Source of the DNA: Selaginella moellendorffii
Lineage: Eukaryota; Plantae; Lycopodiophyta
NCBI RefSeq assembly: GCF_000143415.4
Contig: NW_003314314.1
Coordinates: 873,771-937,770 of the forward strand
Direction: 5' to 3'
DNA: 64,000 bases
Part shown: positions 16,862-30,529 of the stretch, piece after piece
Position numbering within the stretch: position 1 is the stretch's first letter
Layout: every line of letters starts with the position of its first letter
Position numbers and translations under genes: made by a program
The notes under the pieces: generated by a model
Databases searched by the model: none
What the model saw: only the letters and a program-made list of their open reading frames with translations
What the model was told of the DNA's origin: nothing

Positions 16862-18810
16862 TGGTTACCAACTTTGTCCTTCCATTCGTCTTGAAAATAC
16901 TTGATAAAAGGTACTTCATTTTGAAAATCCACCTCAAAATGTTCAATAAGTTGTTTAATCTCAACTCACATAATATTATCATCATGAAAAGTTGCATGAA
17001 TTGAATGATACATAATATTTCCAAAACGTTTCCATATTTCCATCTTAATATCCCAAGATTTCACTTTACGAATAATATATTTGAGCCAATTCCTTCTTAC
17101 ATGCCAAATACATAATAGAATTTGACAATCAAATGTAGCTCTATATAGAGGAAAACAATTAAATTATTTCATATCAAATTAATTACCTTATAACATTAAT
17201 CTTTGTTTCAGCATCATCAATCATTATTGCCCGTAGTTTCCAATTTGGCATATGTTCTCAAACTTATTTTTTAAAAGTTATTATCCAATTCTTCATATGT
17301 TCTCCTTTCTCACTAGAAGTTAAAACCCATGCAATTGGAATACCATTTCTATGATAATCAAAAGTAAGCATGGTGTATAATGGGAACTATAAATTATTAA
17401 GTATTAATCACTTAAAACTGAATGAAAATTTTACCTTGTAGCGATTAATTCCAAAAGTTGCGTCAAGACTCAATAGATTATTATTTGAAAAGTCCACCAT
17501 CTTTTGTAGTTGCCAAGTTGTTTGGATCCCAATAATAAAACAATCTTTACCTCGATCACCTCTTGATAGAAAAATACTTTCTCAGGATTTGTGTTCTTCC
17601 AAATATGTACACTCTATGCGTCATTCTTATGTAATCGATAAGTTGAAAGTGAATACTTCCTATGCAAATTGTTGATATCCTGCATAGTTAGAAAATCATC
17701 TCGATGAGAAGGTTCACCAGCTAACTTGTTCCTTTCCACAATCTGTATATGCTCATTATAAATCTGATTTGCTATGAAATCCTGCTAAATCATATGAATC
17801 ACCCAATGTCAAATATCTGTTGAAAGCTTTTGAGGAAATAATGACTTTCCTCCAGTCAGATCAAGTTGACCATGACAAGGAACCCCATTTTTATCACAAT
17901 GCTCTCTATGATAATATATAATCTGCACATAATCAAGCCATTTGTAAAACTGTTTGACCAAAAAATTGCAAAGGCAGCCCCGCTTATTAGAACTTTGACT
18001 TGGTCTACTTCCAAGTCCTGACTTTGGTGTAGATTTAGCAATCATAATAGAGGATGTTTCACGAGCATCTTGTTTTCCATATTCACACCAATACCTGTAT
18101 CAAGAAGTTAGTAATTATATTTTGTTAAAAAAATATACCTAATTAATGATAAAAAGTTTGTATTTTTGGGTTATTTCAAATCTTTAGGATCACGATTTTT
18201 GTTAGAAAATTGCCAAAAATCCATTCCATCACCCCTTCTCCTCTCACCATCGAGAAACTTGTTCACATCCTTTTGTAATATATACACTATAGTTTCATTT
18301 GATTTAGACAAATTCCAATCTAAATCATCTGCACAAAAATAATCCCTTTCATGGAATTTTTGCACCTCATCAAGCCATGGGGGATTTTAAATGATTTTCT
18401 TGAATCAATATGAAATTAAATTGATTGCTTACCTTTGGAAATTGCTGTGCTGCTGCCATGCTTGATCATAAAAGAAACAGAAACGTTTTTAGGTCAATTA
18501 TGGAGCAACCATCCGGCGTGAATGGGTGGACCAGGGCGCGCTAATTGAAATTTGGCTTGGGGCTGTGGCCACGTGGAAGTAATTTTAGGGCGCACGCTGG
18601 GCGCGGGCGGACGTGCGGGGGCGGGTGGGAGTGCGGGCGGGAGCCGTGAGGGCGAGCGGGCGGGCGGGAGCCGCGGGCGGGAGTGTGCAGCGGCGACGGA
18701 CGGGAGAGGGAGTGCGCTGGAGATAAAACAAAAAAGAGGGCTGATGCCACGTCATCGCCAGGTAAGCGGAGAGAGAGAGAGTGAATCAGGATGGTGTTTA
18801 ACGGGAGGCT
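16862..18810 (-). mobile_element. Truncated Mutator-like element (MULE transposase remnant)
   Basis: Absent from the other units. The minus strand encodes SLDATFGINRYK, PLYTMLTFDYHRNGIPIAWVLT, DDAETKINVIR and LLCIWHVRRNW (MULE DDE-type motifs). A GC-rich terminal region spans ~18530-18810. Confidence 0.75.
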
Positions 18811-20113
18811 GATTTGGTTCGTGCCTTACAGGACTCGCCTTCTCTTCTTCCGAAAGCCTCCTCCCCATCTCTCCTTCGAGGCCATTGTAGCAAATCTCAA
18901 GAGTTCTCTTGCCAAGGCGCTGGTGGAGTTTTATCCCCTGGCAGGGAGATTGCTTGTGAGTGACAGCGAGAATGGACTGCGGATGGATGTGGTTTGCAAT
19001 GACAAAGGCGTGCTCTTCATTGAAGCTAGTGCTACTGGAGTTACTGTTGAGGAGCTCGCAAAGGATGAAGTGAGTGGTCATTTCGAGGGGATTCCAGCAA
19101 AACTAGTGGAAGATCTGGCACAATGTGGAGACTACGATATATCGACAATTCCATGGTCCTTCGATGCTCCTCTGTTCATCATCCAGGTACTTCAATATAT
19201 ATCCGCATTGATAATCAAGTCGAATCGTATGTAGGTGACAGAGCTTTCTTGTGGAGGCATTTGCATCTCCGTCAAGTTCAATCACCAGCTTTTAGATGGA
19301 GCTGGGACCTGGAACTTTGTCAAGTCATGGGCCGAGGTCTGTTGTGGTAAATCTATGTCACTCAAGCCCGTGGTCGTGGAAACTCCACCATGCATTGCAG
19401 TCTCGGACGATCATCCCACAGATTTTGAGCTTCCAGCAGGGTTTGGAAGGGCCTGCAACGCGGATTTACTGAAATTAAGCACCAAGTCAACATCGCAGTC
19501 CGCGGAGTATGACATGAAGTGCTTTGCATTCAAGAAGGAGATGATCCAAAAGATGAAGCTCGAGAATCCAGGGTTCAGCTCGTTCCAGCTTCTCACGAGT
19601 TTCATATGGTCCAGAGTTAACGCTGCGAGAGATCTCAAGGATGACGAAACCACTACTCTTGTGTTTGCAGCAAACTGTAGAGGACGGATCAAGACTGTGC
19701 CGAAGGGATTCGTAGGAATGGCCGTGGTGTATGATCACGTTTCCACCAAAGTCTCGAGCCTACGAGCTCAGGGAAATGAGCTGAGAAATGGGGCGGATCT
19801 TCTCAAGAAAAAGATCGGTGATTTGCTCACGGAGGAAGGCGCGGGTCTCTACTCAAAGGCTGTGAGCAGTGGCGACAGGGGCTTCACAGCTTTTCCTCAA
19901 TCTAAGATGGAAACAGCATTGATCGTTGGAAGTTCGTTCTACTTCCCGGTTTTCGAGGACTTTGGATTTGGAAAGCCGGTTGGAATGACGCTGGTTCGTC
20001 CTTCTGATGATAGCAAGCTATACTATTTCCCAGGGAAGGAGGAAGGTGATGTGGTAGCTTATATTGGGCTCACAAGTCACGCGATGAGAAAGCTTAGTTT
20101 TCCACAGGTTTGA
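18791..20113 (+). CDS. BAHD acyltransferase, copy 2, 5'-truncated; possible start codon inside the MULE end (intron 19187-19234)
   Basis: Nearly identical to copy 1 from 18810 onward. The first ~41 codons are missing and the in-frame ATG at 18791 lies within the insertion. It may be a pseudogene. Confidence 0.7.
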
Positions 20114-20155
20114 AACAATATAAAGTTGTCTCTTTGCCCTTCACCGCGGGACGGC

Positions 20156-20917
20156 ATGGAGATCGAGGCGAGGATCTTCGAGACAGATGTTTCTGATGGT
20201 ACTGTGATTGTTGACATGCACGGGAAGCTCCAGATAATGGGTCGGGCCATCTCGGCTTTTGGCTGGATCAAGGAATGTTGTCTCCTTGACTGCTATGTTC
20301 TCAGAATTTGCCCGGAATGGGCATTACAGAGACGCTCTCTCGAGCTCTCGAGCTCCTCCATGGATTTGGAGGGAGTCAAGCCAAATGGCTTGCCATTTTT
20401 TTTTTCCCTGGAAGCCTGCGCCGGTCCCGGGAATAGAATCTGCTGTAAAATTTTCCACTCCCGAAATCGAGGGAATGGAGCTTATGCGCTGGGGAAATGC
20501 GGTCACGTTGCGCGATGATGGCGGCGTATGCCCAAAACGGACAGCACAGGGAAGCGCTCCGAGTCTTTAGCGAGCTCGACACGATGCTGGATCGCGAGCG
20601 TCTTGAAGGCGTCCTCAAGTTTGGCCATGGCTAGAATCTCGGATCCTTGCTAGTGGAATTCGCGTGAGCGTGATCGTGGTCGTCATCACTTACAGAAAGT
20701 GTGGAGCTCTCAGCCTCGCGAGATCCACGTTCAATGGCCTGTGCTGGAACACGATGATCTCCGCCAACTTGCAGCACAGCAACGCCAGGAAGTGCTCAAG
20801 CTCTTCAACGAGCTCAAACAAGCCGGGACTTTGAGCGAGCACTTGGGGGGCTGCATGATCGATCTGCTGGGACGAGCTGGGGGATTTGAAGAGGCTGAGA
20901 GAGTGGTTGCTCCATGA
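20156..20917 (+). pseudogene. PPR pseudogene fragment (unit B)
   Basis: Near-identical to 14100-14860. Confidence 0.75.
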
Positions 20918-21639
20918 AACGCAATGTCCCCTCCTGATCATGAATGTCGTCTCTCAATCACCAAGTCCTGGATAAAACCAGGGCATGGCATTTCGTAGTT
21001 CGATATAAGCTGCGGCAAATCCCCGTCACTTGTGGTCGTGGAAACTCCCCTGGACAACGAGCAGAGCTGGAGATTTAGCTCCCGCCGATTTTTCATGCGG
21101 TGGAAGATTAGAACTTGTTCACACTATCAACGCCATGAAAAGCTTCTCGTTTGCTTCTCGTTTGCCCAGGAGTGAGATTCCACGGCAAAGAGATGGAAGA
21201 CCCCGTTCTTCTCAGTCAAGTGCTGTGAAAGCTCTCCAACGCTGGAAACTATGACTCTCAGTTGGAGATGTACGCTTTCTCATGACATGAGAAGGAGTTG
21301 CCACCTCATAGATCCACGTTGGCTGGAGTTGAGTAGATCAGAGCCACATTGTCCACGCTATGTTTTGACACTCTTGAGACTGTCATGTTCAGGACGGCCT
21401 CCATGGACATGCAAGCCACCTCTATATGAGCCATGACTACAGCGCTCTAGGCTCGCCTCTGTCCCACCGTCATAGATTTTGTTTTAGTGCAGACAGGGTG
21501 TGACTGGCGGAGTCTTCTAGATCCTTTTGGGTATGTCCTTGAGAGCGTTCCTGGCTGAAAGATCCAGCTCTCTCTCCTCGCCACCAAGGCACTGGCGATA
21601 GCTTCGAAGGTAGTAAACGCAGCTGCGATTGCAAGAGCA

Positions 21640-24600
21640 TGTAGGAATAATGATGAACACGACAAGTAAAACGATTCATATCAGAAGCAGTCCGAATTGT
21701 GATCAGATCTCTGGTGATTTCCGATTTGATTGAAGTTGTATATATATACAGCCATATATGAATCAATGGGTGGGTTGAAGTGAAATCCATTCTTCTTGCT
21801 CCGCTTTTCTTTCATGGTATCAGAGCTCAGTTTCTGAACTCTTTCTTCTCCTTTCTTTGTGCCTCACATCATGAGCTGCAGCAAAGTTGGATTGATCTTG
21901 CTTCAGGGAGTCACTGCCTTTGATGGGAGGAGAGGGTTCAACACCTGGTCTGAGAAAATGATGCGCATGCTGCAGATGGAAGAACTCTGGGAAATCGTTT
22001 CACCACCGACAATCGCTGCAGATGCTCGTATGCGGCAAGCCCCTGCTGCATTGGGAGCTTCAACTTCGGTGGAAGGAGAAGTCGTGGATGAAGAGGCAAT
22101 TCGTGCCTTTGTTGCAGCAGCTTGACAACAGCTTGATCCAGGGGAACAAGCTGCGCTGGAGAAGAAGGAATCTCGAGCAAAAGGATTGATTCTTTCTAAG
22201 CTTGCAGATGCCCTTATGATGCGTTTGCGTCATAAGAGTGCTTGTGAGATCTGGGCTCATCTCCACAACAAGTATGCTGTTCTTTCCCTCTCCAAGATCA
22301 GCACGGTCGAGACTTGCATTCATGAGACCCATTTTCATCCAGGCGAGAACTTTGAAGAGTTCCTCGCCAAGATGCAAGATTTGTGGATGGAGCTTGAAGG
22401 CAGTCCAGCGGCGTTCAACGAAAGCAAGAAAGTTCTGGCACTTTGCGAGGCCATGCAAGATTCTTCTTTTAGTTCTTGCATCCCACACATATCATCGAGG
22501 CAGAGGAGGCCGCGGAAGAGGAGGACAAGGCAGAGGTTGCGGGTTTAGGGGAAATCCGCAGCAGCAGCAGAATTCAGGGAATTCTGGTAAAGAAGCAGTA
22601 GTTCGGGATTGTTTTGTGGGCAAGAACAAACAGGAATGCTGGACCTGTGGGATGCCAGGACACTACTCCAAGGATTGCCTAGTTGCAGCTTGGCTGCAAC
22701 GCATGAACATAGGGCTCGCAGCAAATGCTCAGGAAGGGGAAACACGGGAACTTGCGGCATCATCTGAGGTAGCAGTTCCAAACGTTTTTGAAAAACTGAC
22801 CATTGATTCAGGTTCAGAGAGACACCTGATGCAAAGCGGGTCGAACTTTGTGCAGTTGCGTACTGCAAAAGGGAAGTGCATTCGTGTGGGAGATAGAAGC
22901 ATTTTACCTATTTGCACAACTGGGGATGTGCGAGTTCCACTGGGAAGAAAGTCTTTGCTCTTGAAGAATGCATAGTATGTTCCAAAGATAGTGAAGAATC
23001 TGATTTTTGTAGCCAAGCTTACGGATGAAGGTCTGGATGTGAATTTCTCCAAACATCAATGTCAAGTTCTTGCAAATGGTCGTCCATTACTGCATTTTCC
23101 CATATGTGGTAACTTGTTTGAGAAGGAGATAGCTTTTGGAGAAAAATCAAACGCGAGATATGCATGACTGCAGATAGTTCTCTCTGGCATTCTCGATTTG
23201 CACATGCCAATCCCCCTCTCATCAGGTGTATGCAGAAGCATGAGCTTGTGGATGGCTTCAACGACCACGTTCTTCAAAGTTCAGCAAAATGTCACACTTG
23301 CATTCTTGGCAAGCAAACCCGTTGTACTTTCAAACCTGCTGTGATCAGAAGCACTCGTCCCTTGCAGCTCATTCACTCAGATGTTTGTGGACCCATGCAA
23401 CTGTTTGCTCAGAATGGCACGAAGTATTTTGTGACGCTTACAGATGATTTCTCAAGACACACGGACGTCTTCTTCTTCATCACAAAGATGAAGTCTTCAG
23501 CAAATTCAAGCAATTCGTAGCAGAAGCCGAAGTGAAAACTGGTCAGAGGGTTGGCTGTTTACATATTGATTCAGGAGGTGAATATGTCAAGCAGTTCTGT
23601 GCTAAATGAGGAATTCTTCATCAGTGCTCTTGCTCTTATACCCCTCAACAGAATGGAGTCTCTGAGTGCAAGAACAAGACAATCATGAATGCAATTCAGT
23701 GCTTCCTTCAAGAATCAGGACTACCAAAATTCCTCTGGGCTGAAGCAGTCGGATTAGCTGTGCACATTCAAAACCTTCTCCCTCATTCTCGCAATCCCAA
23801 CAAGATCCCAGAAGAGCTTTGGACTAGTCAAAGACAATCAGTGGTGCATCTCAAGTGTTTTGGTTGTTTAAGCTTTGCAAAAAGGGTGGATGAGCATCTC
23901 GATAAGTTGGAGAGCAGAAGCAAGCTGGCCTTTCTTGTTGGATACGATTCCAATTCAAAAGGATATTGCATATACTAGCCTGGTAATCATCAAATTTCTG
24001 TAAGCATGTAAGCTCCTAAGTTTAGACTTCTTGGGAGGTCACCCAGCCCAATACTATTCAAACCCAAAGACGCTTAACCCCAAATATCCCAAGACCCTTA
24101 ACCGATTGGAAAAGGGGGTGCACTCTTATTCATGAGCCCTTTCCCTCTATATTTGAACCCTTATGGATCGTCTCTCGAGTTGTTCCCTTTGGTTGTTTAC
24201 AAAGCACTGATGTTCATTTTGATGAATGAACACTCTACAAAGATCATGTTCAAGAAGAAGGAAGCTCAAATCAAAATATGAACTAGACTCCGGAAGAATG
24301 GAGTTGGGATGGTGTTGAAGACGATGATGAAGATGACGATGATTTAACAATCATCTATCCCTCATCTCCTTTAGCAGACGATTCTCCAACAACAGTCTCT
24401 GGATCTTTTCTTCTTGAAGAACAAGGCAATGCTGCTCATTGTGCATGAACTGGAGAAGTCGACAGGCTCACACGTGATCTACCATTCAATGTGGAGAACT
24501 ATGGGTGGACATCATCTGGACGATCAAGCAGAGTACCTCATCCCAAGCAATAGTCTTTTGCAGCAATAGAAATAGCTTCTAAACCAGTCAACTTTGAGCA

Positions 24601-26327
24601 AGCCATTCAAGCTCCTGATGCAAATAAGTGGATTTCAGCAATGCAAGATGAGTTGAATTCTCTTGATGAGAACCAGACTTATGACTTGGTGGAAGCTCCT
24701 GAAGGATGTGAAGTTGTTGGATCATGCTGGGTGTTCAAGCTTCATAGAAATCCTGATGGATCGGTACAGCGTTATAAAGCAAGACTTGTTGCTCAAGGAT
24801 ATTCACAAGTTCCTGGAGTGGATTTTGATGAGACGTTCTCACCAATTGTGAAGTAGACAAGTATTAGAATGCTTCTGGCTTTTTCAGCGGAGTTTGATTT
24901 GTGTGCACATCACATGGACGTAAAAACAGCCTTCCTTAATGGGAACTTGAAGGAAGAGATATTTATGCGGCAACCCCCAGGCTTTGAGCTTTTTGGATCA
25001 CGGTGCTCCGAACTAGTCTGCAAGCTTCGCAAGGCTCTTTATGGCCTTAAGCAGGCTTCCCATCAGTGGTATGAATGTTTGGATTCTTTTCTTATGGATC
25101 TCGGTATGTAGAGGTTGAACAGCAATGGAAATCTATATCTTCTTCAGCAGGGTGATCACTTTGTTGTGATAGCAGTTTATGTGGACGACTGTTTGATTGT
25201 CAGCAACAATGACACTGTTTTGAAGGATGTGAAGATCAAGCTTATGGACAAGTTTGTGATGAAGGACTTAGGAGTTGTGCGGCAGCTATTAGGGATGGAA
25301 GTTGACAGGGATGAAGCAGATAGGACAATCACCCTCACATAGTGCCAATATGTGAAGAAGCTTCTCAACCAGTTCAACATGACAAGTTGCAAATCCGTGG
25401 CTACACCAGTCATCACTAGCATTAAGTTCACAAGCAAGATGGATGATTTATTTGACTAGCACTCAGTCTACCGATCGCTTGTTGGAGGACTACTCTACCT
25501 CACCAACATGACTCGCCCCAACATCTCCTTTGCCGTTGGTCTCCTCAGCCGATACATGCAATCTCCGAGTTGTTATCATTGGCAAATGGCAAAGAGAGTT
25601 TTGAGGTATTTGAAAGGAACGGTTGCGCATGGACTGGTTTACAAATGCTCAGGTCAGTCCAAACTTGTTCTTCAAGTTTACTGCGATGCAGATTGGGCTG
25701 GCAACTTGGATACACAATATTCAACCTCCGGAATTTGCTACATAATTGCTAGTGCTCCGGTTTCATGGGGAAGCAAGAAGCAAACGACGGTTGCTCTTTT
25801 CAGTGCAGAAGCAGAGTACATAGCTGCCAGTACAGCAGCAAGGGAGATCATCTGGCTTTGTCGATGACTTGGAGAACTCAATCAACAGCTATCAAATGCG
25901 ACCATTCTGCATTGCGACAACAAAAGTGCAATCGCCATGTCAAAGAATCCTGTGTTTCATGCTTGTACGAAACATATAGACGGGCAGCATCACTTCATTC
26001 GTGAACATGTAGCAGCTGGAGATCTTCACCTGGAATACGTTCCTTCATAGTATCAGTTGGCAGACCTTCTAACCAAGCCACTTTCGGAGCTCACATTCAT
26101 CAAGCTGAGGAATCAACTTGGAGTATCAAGCACCCTCAGCTTGAAGGGGGAGTGTAGGAATAATGATAAACACGACAAGCAAGACGATTCATATCAGAAG
26201 TAGTCCAAATTGTGATCAGATCTCTGGTGATTTCCAATTTGATTGAAGTTGTATATATATACAGCCATATATGAATCAATGCGTGGGTTGAAGTGAAATC
26301 CATTGTTCTTGCTCCACTTTTCTTTCA
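21640..26327 (+). mobile_element. Full-length degenerate Ty1/copia LTR retrotransposon
   Basis: 175-bp TG..CA LTRs at 21640-21814 and 26153-26327, 5-bp TSD GAGCA, PBS TGGTATCAGAGC (tRNA-iMet), PPT GAAGGGGGAG. Internal order: gag CCHC (CWTCGMPGHYSKDC), protease IDSGS, integrase IHSDVCGP, RT YKARLVAQG/YVDD, RNase H YCDADWAG. Many stops and frameshifts. Confidence 0.97.
24007..24201. mobile_element. Solo LTR nested in the Copia integrase region
   Basis: TGTAA...TTACA termini and TSD AAGCA (24002-24006 and 24202-24206). Removing it restores QISVSTDVHFDE, matching the copia SRDVxFDE motif. Confidence 0.85.
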
Positions 26328-27669
26328 GAGCAGTCATCATCACTGAAGCAGTAGTGGACACTCTCCTCTCGAGGTGCTGTTTGGACTGAGAAAATGAGGA
26401 AGATCGCCATCAAGATCTTCATCTTTGCCATTCCTGGTGGAAACCTTAAGCGGGAGCACGAAACTCTCGAAGTTCACACTGCCTGGTCCTTAGAAACTCT
26501 CGAATCGAAATGAAAGAAGAAACACTCTTTACTTTTATGGTGTATCCACCACATCCAAGCACCGAGAACCTTTCACGTGTCCCAGCGATTCACTACTCTT
26601 CCAGCAGTGTAATCGTCTTCCAGCTCAAGCAGACACATGACAGGTGCTGCAAGAAGACAAAAGAAAACGATGTGTCACACTATAATCTTCTATGCTAGCT
26701 CCACGTTGTTCCTGAGTGCCTCCGATAAGTTTGCGATGGATAGAGCACCGTAGCTCTGCTGCTGCTAATCCATTCCCTGCATATTTGGAGGCAGGTTCGA
26801 AAACAGAAGATAAGCTGAAGCTTGAGATTGCTAACAATTGATATTTGTAACTAAATTTAAGACACAATAGTTTTATATTAGAAAATTATAAATTCTTATT
26901 TAAGTAATTTATAATAGTTATAAACAAAAAAAATTGTAGTTTTGACCAGAAAATATGTAATTGTTATGTTTAGTTCTTATTTATGACTAAATTTTAAGTC
27001 CAAAAAGAAAAGTTATAAACATAGTGGTAAAGATGGGAATTTAAGTCATTATTTATGATGATATTTAAAAATAAACAGTTTTCTATTCTAATTTATTACC
27101 AATATGTCTTAATGCTTGTCTTTGATTTTGGAGTTACATTTTTTTCTATTTTAGAAGCTTAAAGGTGCTCTTGATAAATACTATCTAGGTCGTGGTGAAT
27201 GAATGCAAGTATTTTTTTTTTATGTCAATTTTATTACTTTATATTATTTGTTGTTTCATATTTGCTAGCTTTCCTTATAAGAGAATGCATACAATCACCC
27301 ACAGCAATGGAATTTACAAGGAACTCATCAATCTTCAGCATTTCCTTTATAAAACGTTCATGGTAATGGATTTAAATGAAAGTTTTCCTTTGGTTTCTCT
27401 CATTTGTCATTACTCTGTGTTATCAAAAATGGATATAACCACCTTTTTTATTTTCCTAAGCCAAGCCCAACTTTTTATAATACTCTTAATGCTTCTCGCA
27501 ACTCCAAATTTTCCTCCAAGAATAATTTATAAGATAAGTAAAACCCTAAAATCACCAGGGAAAAACTAAAGGCATAGGATATACTCTACATTTAACTAAT
27601 GTTTCCTTATCACCTTGATTAAGTTTGGTCGAGCCTTCTCTCTCTCCTCTAAAGTCAGAAGTTTTGGCT

Positions 27670-29097
27670 ATGGCGCTGGAGTCTTCCAGGATCACAGTGG
27701 CGAACATTTGCTTGGTTTCTCCAAGTTACAGCCCGGAGAATGTCAATCTGTTGGAGAGGAAGAAGCAAATGCGTCTCGGTGCTGCTTCTCATATGATTTG
27801 GTTCGTGCCTTACAGGACTCGCCTTCTCTTCTTCCGAAAGCCTCCTCCCCATCTCTCCTTCGAGGCCATTGTAGCAAATCTCAAGAGTTCTCTTGCCAAG
27901 GCGCTGGTGGAGTTTTATCCCCTGGCAGGGAGATTGCTTGTGAGTGACAGCGAGAATGGACTGCGGATGGATGTGGTTTGCAATGACAAAGGCGTGCTCT
28001 TCATTGAAGCCAGTGCTACTGGAGTTACTGTTGAGGAGCTCGCAAAGGATGAAGTGAGTGGTCATTTTGAGGGGATTCCAGCAAAACTAGTGGAAGATCT
28101 GGCACAATGTGGAGACTACGATATATTAACAATTCCATGGTCCTTCGATGCTCCTCTGTTCATCATCCAGGTACTTCAATATATATTCGCATTGATAATC
28201 AAGTCGAATCGAATGTAGGTGACAGAGCTTTCTTGTGGAGGCATTTGCATCTCCGTCAAGTTCAATCACCAGCTTTTAGATGGAGCTGGGACCTGGAACT
28301 TTGTCAAGTCATGGGCCGAGGTCTGTTGTGGTAAATCTATGTCACTCAAGCCCGTGGTCGTGGAAACTCCACCATGCATTGCGGTCTCGGACGATCATCC
28401 CACAGATTTTGAGCTTCCAGCAGGGTTTGAAAGGATCTGCAACGCGGATTTACTGAAATTAAGCACCAAGTCAACATCGCAGTCCGCGGAGTATGACATG
28501 AAGTGCTTTGCATTCAAGAAGGAGAAGATCCAAAAGATGAAGCTCGAGAATCCAGGGTTTAGCTCGTTCCAGCTTCTCACGAGTTTCATATGGTCCAGAG
28601 TTAACGCTGCGAGAGATCTCAAGGATGACGAAACCACTACTGTTGTATTCGCGGCGAACTGTAGAGGACGGATCAAGACTGTGCCGAAGGGATTCGTAGG
28701 AATGGCCGCGGTGTATGATCACGTTTCCACCAAAGTCTCGAGCCTACGAGCTCAGGGAAATGAGCTGAGAAACGGGGCGGATCTTCTCAAGAAAAAGATT
28801 GGTGATTTGCTCACGGAGGAAGGCGTGGGTCTCTACTCAAAGGTTGTGAGCAGTGGCGACAGGGGCTTCACAGCGCTTCCTCAATCTAAGACGGAAACAG
28901 CATTGATCCTTGGAAGTTCGTTCTACTTCCCGGTTTTCGAGGACTTTGGATTTGGAAAGCCGGTTGGAATGACGCTGGTTCATCCTTCTGAGGATGGCAG
29001 GCTATACTATTTCCCAGGGAAGGAGGAAGGTGATGTGGTAGCATATATTGGGCTCACAAGTCACGCGATGAGAAAGCTTAGTTTTCCACAGGTTTGA
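27670..29097 (+). CDS. BAHD acyl-CoA acyltransferase, copy 3 (intron 28171-28218)
   Basis: Intact paralog with HQLLD and DFGFG. About 20 amino-acid differences from copy 1. Confidence 0.93.
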
Positions 29098-29137
29098 AAC
29101 AATATAAAGTTCTCTTTGCCCCTCACCGCGGGACGGC

Positions 29138-29884
29138 ATGGAAATCAAGGCGAGGATCTTCGAGACAGATGTTTCTGATGGTACCGTTATTGTTGACATG
29201 CACGGGAAGCTCCAGATAATGGATCTGGCCACCGCGGCTTTTGGCTGGATCAAAGAGAGGAATGCTGTCTCCTTGACTGCTATGTTCCCAGAATTTGCCC
29301 GGAATGGTTATTACAGAGACGCTCTCGAGTTCCTCCATGGATTTGGAGGGAGGCAAGCCAAATGGCGTGACATTTATTGTCTTTCTGGAAGCCTGCGCCG
29401 GTCTCGGGGATAGAATCTGCCGTAAAATTCTTCACTCCCGAAACCGAGGGAATGAAGCTTGATTTCTTCGTCAGAAATGGTGGTCTCGGCTTATGCGCTG
29501 GATGCTTATGCGGGCGACAGCACAGGGAGTCTTTTGGGAGCTCGACCTCGAAAAACACGAGCGCCTTCGAGACGTCCTCAAGTTTGACCATGGCTAGAAG
29601 CCTCCACTCTCGGATCCTTGCCAGTGGAACGCGTGAGCGTGATCGTGGTCGTGACCACTTACAGAAACTCTCAGCCTCGCGAGATCCACGTTCAATGGCC
29701 TGTGCTGGAACACGATGATCTCCGCCTACGTGCAGCACGGCAACGCCAGGAAGGGCTCAAGCTCTTCAACGAGCTCAAGCAAGCCGGGGAGCGGCCAAAC
29801 AGCATCACTTTGAGCGGCTGCATGATCGATCTGCTGGGAGGAGCTGAGGGATTGGAGGAGGCTGAGAGAGAGGCTGCTCCATGA
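29138..29884 (+). pseudogene. PPR pseudogene fragment (unit C)
   Basis: ERNAVSLTAMFPEFARNGYYRDALEF and LKLFNELKQAGERPNSITL..CMIDLLG, with frameshifts. Confidence 0.75.
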
Positions 29885-30529
29885 AACGCAATGTCCTCTC
29901 CTGATCATGAACGTCGTCTCTGTGAACTTCAATCACCAAGTCCTGGATAAAACCAGGGCATGGCATTTCGTAGTTCGATATAAGCTGCGGCAAATCCCCG
30001 TCACTTGAGCAGGTGGTTGTGGAAACTCCCCTGGACAACGAGCAGAGCTGGAGATTTAGCTCCCGCCGATTTTTCATGCGGTGGAAGATTAGACTTTGTT
30101 CACAACTTCTCACTATCAACGCCATGAAAGGCTTCTCGTTTGCAAAGCAGGCGATTGGGTTGCCAAGGAGTGAGATTCCAGAGCTCCTCACGGCAAAGAG
30201 ATGGAAGACCCCGTGTTCTTCGCGGTCAACTGCTGTGAAAGCTGGAAACTATGACTCTTAGTACGCTTTCTCATGACATGAAGAGTTGCCACCTCATAGA
30301 TCCACGTTGGCTAAAGTTGACGAAGAACTAGAAGGCAACGATATATCAGAGCCACATTGTCCACACGACGCTTCCGCTATGTTTTGACACTTTCGAGACT
30401 GTCATGTTCAGGACGGCCTCCAAGCTACCTCTGCGTGACGACAAAAAATTACCCCACCTGGAGAAGCTGCTGCAAGATGGTGAACCGATGAAGACTCGTG
30501 TCTCTCCACGTGGACTAGCCACGTGGCAC

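Larger units (their letters stand above)
21517..26431 (-). pseudogene. Cysteine-rich peptide, copy 3, split by a Copia insertion
   Basis: The 5' half (26328-26431, MAKMKILMAIF...HYCFSDDDCS) and 3' half (21517-21639) flank the element. Confidence 0.9.

Noticed and set aside
16653-17024. Hydrophobic ORFs here and at 27192-27569
   Set aside because: They sit in AT-rich spacer, are not conserved in frame between the duplicated units, and the first crosses the MULE junction.
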